In this document: one piece after another, positions 56,575 through 59,495 of the stretch
Position numbering within the stretch: position 1 is the stretch's first letter
How the letters are laid out: each line of letters begins with the position of its first letter
Virus record (IMG/VR): IMGVR_UViG_3300002514_000031
Location: 1-59,495 of that record
DNA from: a virus
Lineage: Duplodnaviria > Caudoviricetes
Direction: 5' to 3' (one strand)
Length of the DNA stretch: 59,495 bases
Notes under the pieces: generated by a model
Told to the model about the DNA's origin: nothing
Database searches by the model: none
What the model saw: the letters and a program-made list of their open reading frames with translations, nothing else
Translations under genes and position numbers: made by a program

Positions 56575-58875
56575 ATGCCTACCACTTTGAAAAAGGATCC
56601 TACGCAAACCACGATGCTTCGGGCACGTTTCGTTCGAGATATGAACAAGCGGTTTGCGTTGATCTCTCGAGCGGTTCGGGAATTACTTATTGACGATGAC
56701 GCGTTTGGATTGAAACCCGCTCCCACTCTCCAATTCAATATAGTTGAAAGACAGGTATGGCGTTTTCAATCGGACGCTCAAAAGGTCACCTCTTTTCGTA
56801 GGTGGTTACAAGAACAAATCAACGAGAAAGTTCTGATCTCGGATGCGGTAGGAGGGAAACCGTGGTTGGCTCCATATATCGAAAGCTCATACAAAAAAGG
56901 TCTCACCAAATCCTACCAACAAGTGTACGGAGATCTTTTGGAAACTCCCGAAGCGTTGAGGACGATGCCGAACGGGAACATTTTGGGCGTCAGCTTTCAG
57001 GGAGCGGAGCAGACGAAGCGAATAGAAGCCATTTACACCCGTGCCTGGAACGATCTAACAGGCGTTACAGCGGCAATGGGGCAAAAGCTCTCTCGGCATC
57101 TTTCTTTGGGTCTCGCACAAGGAGACAACCCCAGAGTCATAGCGAGGAGGATGACCAAAGACATAACTGGACTCACTCGGACGAGAGCACGGATGATAGC
57201 ACGCACCGAGGTTATCGCAGCTCACGCCGAAGGCCAGTTGGACGCTTATGAGGATTTGGCGATTGACGAAGTGACGATTCAGGCCGAATGGTTGACGGCG
57301 GGAGATGATCGAGTATGCGGAATGTGTCAACCGATGGAAGGAGAGATCCTGAAGTTGGAAGAAGCGAGGGGATTGATCCCGAGGCATCCCAATTGTCGAT
57401 GTGCTTGGGTTCCCGTTCCGAATAGACCGAAAACACCGCAAGCGGATCTCAACAAATCATTAGCGGAGAGCATTGACGCCGAACGGGTCAAAGGATCTCT
57501 CCTGAGCAAGAAGAAAAGAAGCTCATGGGCGGGGAAAGAATTGCTCAAAGCGAAACTCCCAACACCTGTTAAGAAGAAGGCCGTCAAGAAAGTCGCCAAG
57601 AAGAAGGCCGTGAAGAAAGTTCAACCATTCCACAAACCTCGTGGTGGAGGAGCTACACAACGGCTTCGTGATGAGATAGCCGCCAAGAAACCACCCACGA
57701 AAGCACCACCCACCCGAGAAGCGTTTGAAAAACAATTGGATGCGTTGTATGCAAGCCGTCCATGGGGAAAAGGGCAGTGGGCAGCGGAGAGGGCTAGGCT
57801 ACAAGATGAATTCAATAAAGCCGTGGCCGCAGCAACGAAGAAGCCCATAGCAACCAAAACAATAAAGTTGCAAAAGGATCTCGATGCTGCTACTGCCAAA
57901 AGACTTGCTGCTGAAAAGAAACTTGCCACTCAAACAAAGGAACTGAAAGAAACCAAAAAGAAACTTGCCGCAGTTGAAAAACGAAACAAAGAAATTGCAG
58001 AGTTGAAAAGAAAGCTCGCACAGGAGAAGGCAGTTGTTAAAAAGTTGGACAAAAAGTTGGCAGCACAAGACCGTGCCCGAGATGCTGGGAAGAAACCGAA
58101 GATTGACACCACAGTAAGAAAAGCACCTGATCCCGAACGGGTCACTTACATCAAAAAGTTCAGTCATGTCGATGATGAGACCGCTGATCTAATGGGCAGA
58201 CTTGAAGCATCCTTCCCCACCAAGAGCTCAAGAGGACATCCGACACTGGTGAGGCCGAACATCGGTGGAGGTAAGGATTCTGTAGGGATGTTCAAAGGAG
58301 GAGGAGCTGAAGTGCCGTGGAGTAAATTACACAAACAAGTAGAAGGGATCACCGATGAAATCTACCGATTGCGTGCTGGTAATAAGTACATAGGGAAGAA
58401 TGCTATTGATGAAGCACTTAGTCAAGTGCAAACACTCAATATCACCAACTCAGAATATGGTTGGCTTTTGAAAAAGGAGAATATCAATGCCGTAGGTGTG
58501 TTCGATAGTAGCAGAGGCAAACTTGTTCTAGGTTTGAACAACTCCACCAAAACAAAACCATTCAAACTAGGAGGCTTCCAATACAGCGTCGATGGGTCAA
58601 CCACTGGCATTTTCAGGCATGAGATGGGTCACGGTTTGCAGTTCTCACTTGCCGCAGAAAAGAAAGCAGAGTTTCAATCCATATGGAAAGCATATACAAA
58701 AGGCGGCAATTTGACGATTCAAGATAACATAGGAAGATACGCGTACACTAATGATATGGAACTGTTTGCGGAGAGTTTCGCTGCATACACTCATAAGGAT
58801 TATGGGCTTGGTGGAAAGCTGCTGCCGAAAAAACTTCATGATTTCTTTTTTGATTTACTTGGTTCTGATCTATAA
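56575..58875 (+). CDS. MuF/SPP1 gp7-like head morphogenesis protein with C-terminal zincin metallopeptidase domain
   Basis: RARMIARTE, DDRVCGMC and PRHPNCRC, then Lys-rich coiled coil, HEMGH and ELFAESF. Confidence 0.88.
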   Translation: MPTTLKKDPTQTTMLRARFVRDMNKRFALISRAVRELLIDDDAFGLKPAPTLQFNIVERQVWRFQSDAQKVTSFRRWLQEQINEKVLISDAVGGKPWLAPYIESSYKKGLTKSYQQVYGDLLETPEALRTMPNGNILGVSFQGAEQTKRIEAIYTRAWNDLTGVTAAMGQKLSRHLSLGLAQGDNPRVIARRMTKDITGLTRTRARMIARTEVIAAHAEGQLDAYEDLAIDEVTIQAEWLTAGDDRVCGMCQPMEGEILKLEEARGLIPRHPNCRCAWVPVPNRPKTPQADLNKSLAESIDAERVKGSLLSKKKRSSWAGKELLKAKLPTPVKKKAVKKVAKKKAVKKVQPFHKPRGGGATQRLRDEIAAKKPPTKAPPTREAFEKQLDALYASRPWGKGQWAAERARLQDEFNKAVAAATKKPIATKTIKLQKDLDAATAKRLAAEKKLATQTKELKETKKKLAAVEKRNKEIAELKRKLAQEKAVVKKLDKKLAAQDRARDAGKKPKIDTTVRKAPDPERVTYIKKFSHVDDETADLMGRLEASFPTKSSRGHPTLVRPNIGGGKDSVGMFKGGGAEVPWSKLHKQVEGITDEIYRLRAGNKYIGKNAIDEALSQVQTLNITNSEYGWLLKKENINAVGVFDSSRGKLVLGLNNSTKTKPFKLGGFQYSVDGSTTGIFRHEMGHGLQFSLAAEKKAEFQSIWKAYTKGGNLTIQDNIGRYAYTNDMELFAESFAAYTHKDYGLGGKLLPKKLHDFFFDLLGSDL

Positions 58876-58880
58876 CGAGG

Positions 58881-58892
58881 ATCTATAATAAG
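58881..58892 (+). promoter_or_regulatory. Phage promoter motif ATCTATAATAAG
   Basis: Exact 12-mer followed by AAGGAG and ATG 58909. Confidence 0.8.
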
Positions 58893-58908
58893 GCAGAAGG
58901 AGACTGTT

Positions 58909-59118
58909 ATGATGAAAGAAAGTACATGTTCCAAACGGGGCTGTATTCACTATTCGGGTGTTCGGTATCTTGAAGAAGGTAATGAGCTGACTGAAGTGGT
59001 CTATTGCGAAGCGTTCCCAGATGGCATCCCGTTGAAAATTGCTTTTGGTGACAACAAACATCTGAAGCCTGTCAAAGGAGATCACGGGATTCAATTCAAC
59101 ATAGGAGACCAACTATGA
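58909..59118 (+). CDS. Small Cys/His-rich protein downstream of MuF
   Basis: C....C.HY, CEAFPDGIP, H.KP..GDHGIQF. Confidence 0.7.
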   Translation: MMKESTCSKRGCIHYSGVRYLEEGNELTEVVYCEAFPDGIPLKIAFGDNKHLKPVKGDHGIQFNIGDQL

Positions 59119-59360
59119 CTATTTACAGACTACCGTGGGCAGTTGTTTTTATGATTGGCGTGATTACTTCTTCGGTGGTGATCACTGCCGTAGCGGTTCG
59201 GAGCATCGACAAAAAGCTATCCGAACCCATCACCGTCAAACGATACGATCCGCCAGAAGATCCTCACGCACTGGAAAAGATCGAAGCGGAGAAAAAGGAA
59301 GCACTCAAGCCCGCACCGCTTCCTCCGTGCCCGTTGACGGATCTGGGTCATGGAAGTTGA
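59115..59360 (+). CDS. Small membrane-anchored protein
   Basis: AGGAG RBS, N-terminal hydrophobic helix, ATGA overlap. Confidence 0.6.
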   Translation: MTIYRLPWAVVFMIGVITSSVVITAVAVRSIDKKLSEPITVKRYDPPEDPHALEKIEAEKKEALKPAPLPPCPLTDLGHGS

Positions 59361-59495
59361 GAGACGGTATGGATTGCTGCGTGGCGGATGATGGAGCTGT
59401 TCGCTGTCTCTCCTTCCTTTTTTTGGAAGGTGTGCATGACTCGTCATTGTAAAATTTGCGGAAAAGAAATTGATTCTTTGCTGATCAACGGGCAG

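Noticed and set aside
59436-59495. The final open frame (MTRHCKICGK...) would join in frame to base 1 if the window were a circular genome
   Set aside because: One-in-three chance event; no terminal repeat seen, and a CxxC start does not look like the missing N-terminus of the first ORF.

Overview
This window is most of a tailed dsDNA phage genome with a siphovirus-type layout; I recognised no integrase, tRNA or CRISPR array. The + strand carries the virion genes. From 52.6 to 59.5 kb: TerS, TerL, portal and a MuF-type head protein with a metallopeptidase tail. From 1 to 19.9 kb: DUF2213 protease/scaffold, encapsulin-like major capsid, neck, tail tube, frameshifted tail chaperone, tape measure and tail-tip/fibre genes. 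The - strand (19.9-51.1 kb) carries early genes and a largely self-sufficient replication/recombination set: split SbcC with SbcD, resolvase, 5'-3' exonuclease, RecA, SSB, UvsY-like protein, clamp loader, split family A polymerase with a UDG-exonuclease subunit, clamp, DnaB, primase, SNF2 helicase and a sigma-like factor. The best candidate for an undescribed system is at 32.0-39.0 kb, inside the replication block: two paralogous SPL-like radical SAM enzymes, a fold-type II PLP enzyme, an amidoligase, a DUF2156-like aminoacyl-tRNA transferase, a possible second clamp and a histone-like protein. It resembles DNA hypermodification loci but lacks their known entry enzymes. Other signals are strong GGATCC enrichment with apparent CCGG absence, a promoter-driven structured ~340-nt non-coding region at 51.3-51.6 kb, a 7-copy promoter motif and a repeat-bounded early gene array. 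All family calls come from recognising motifs by eye, not from database searches.
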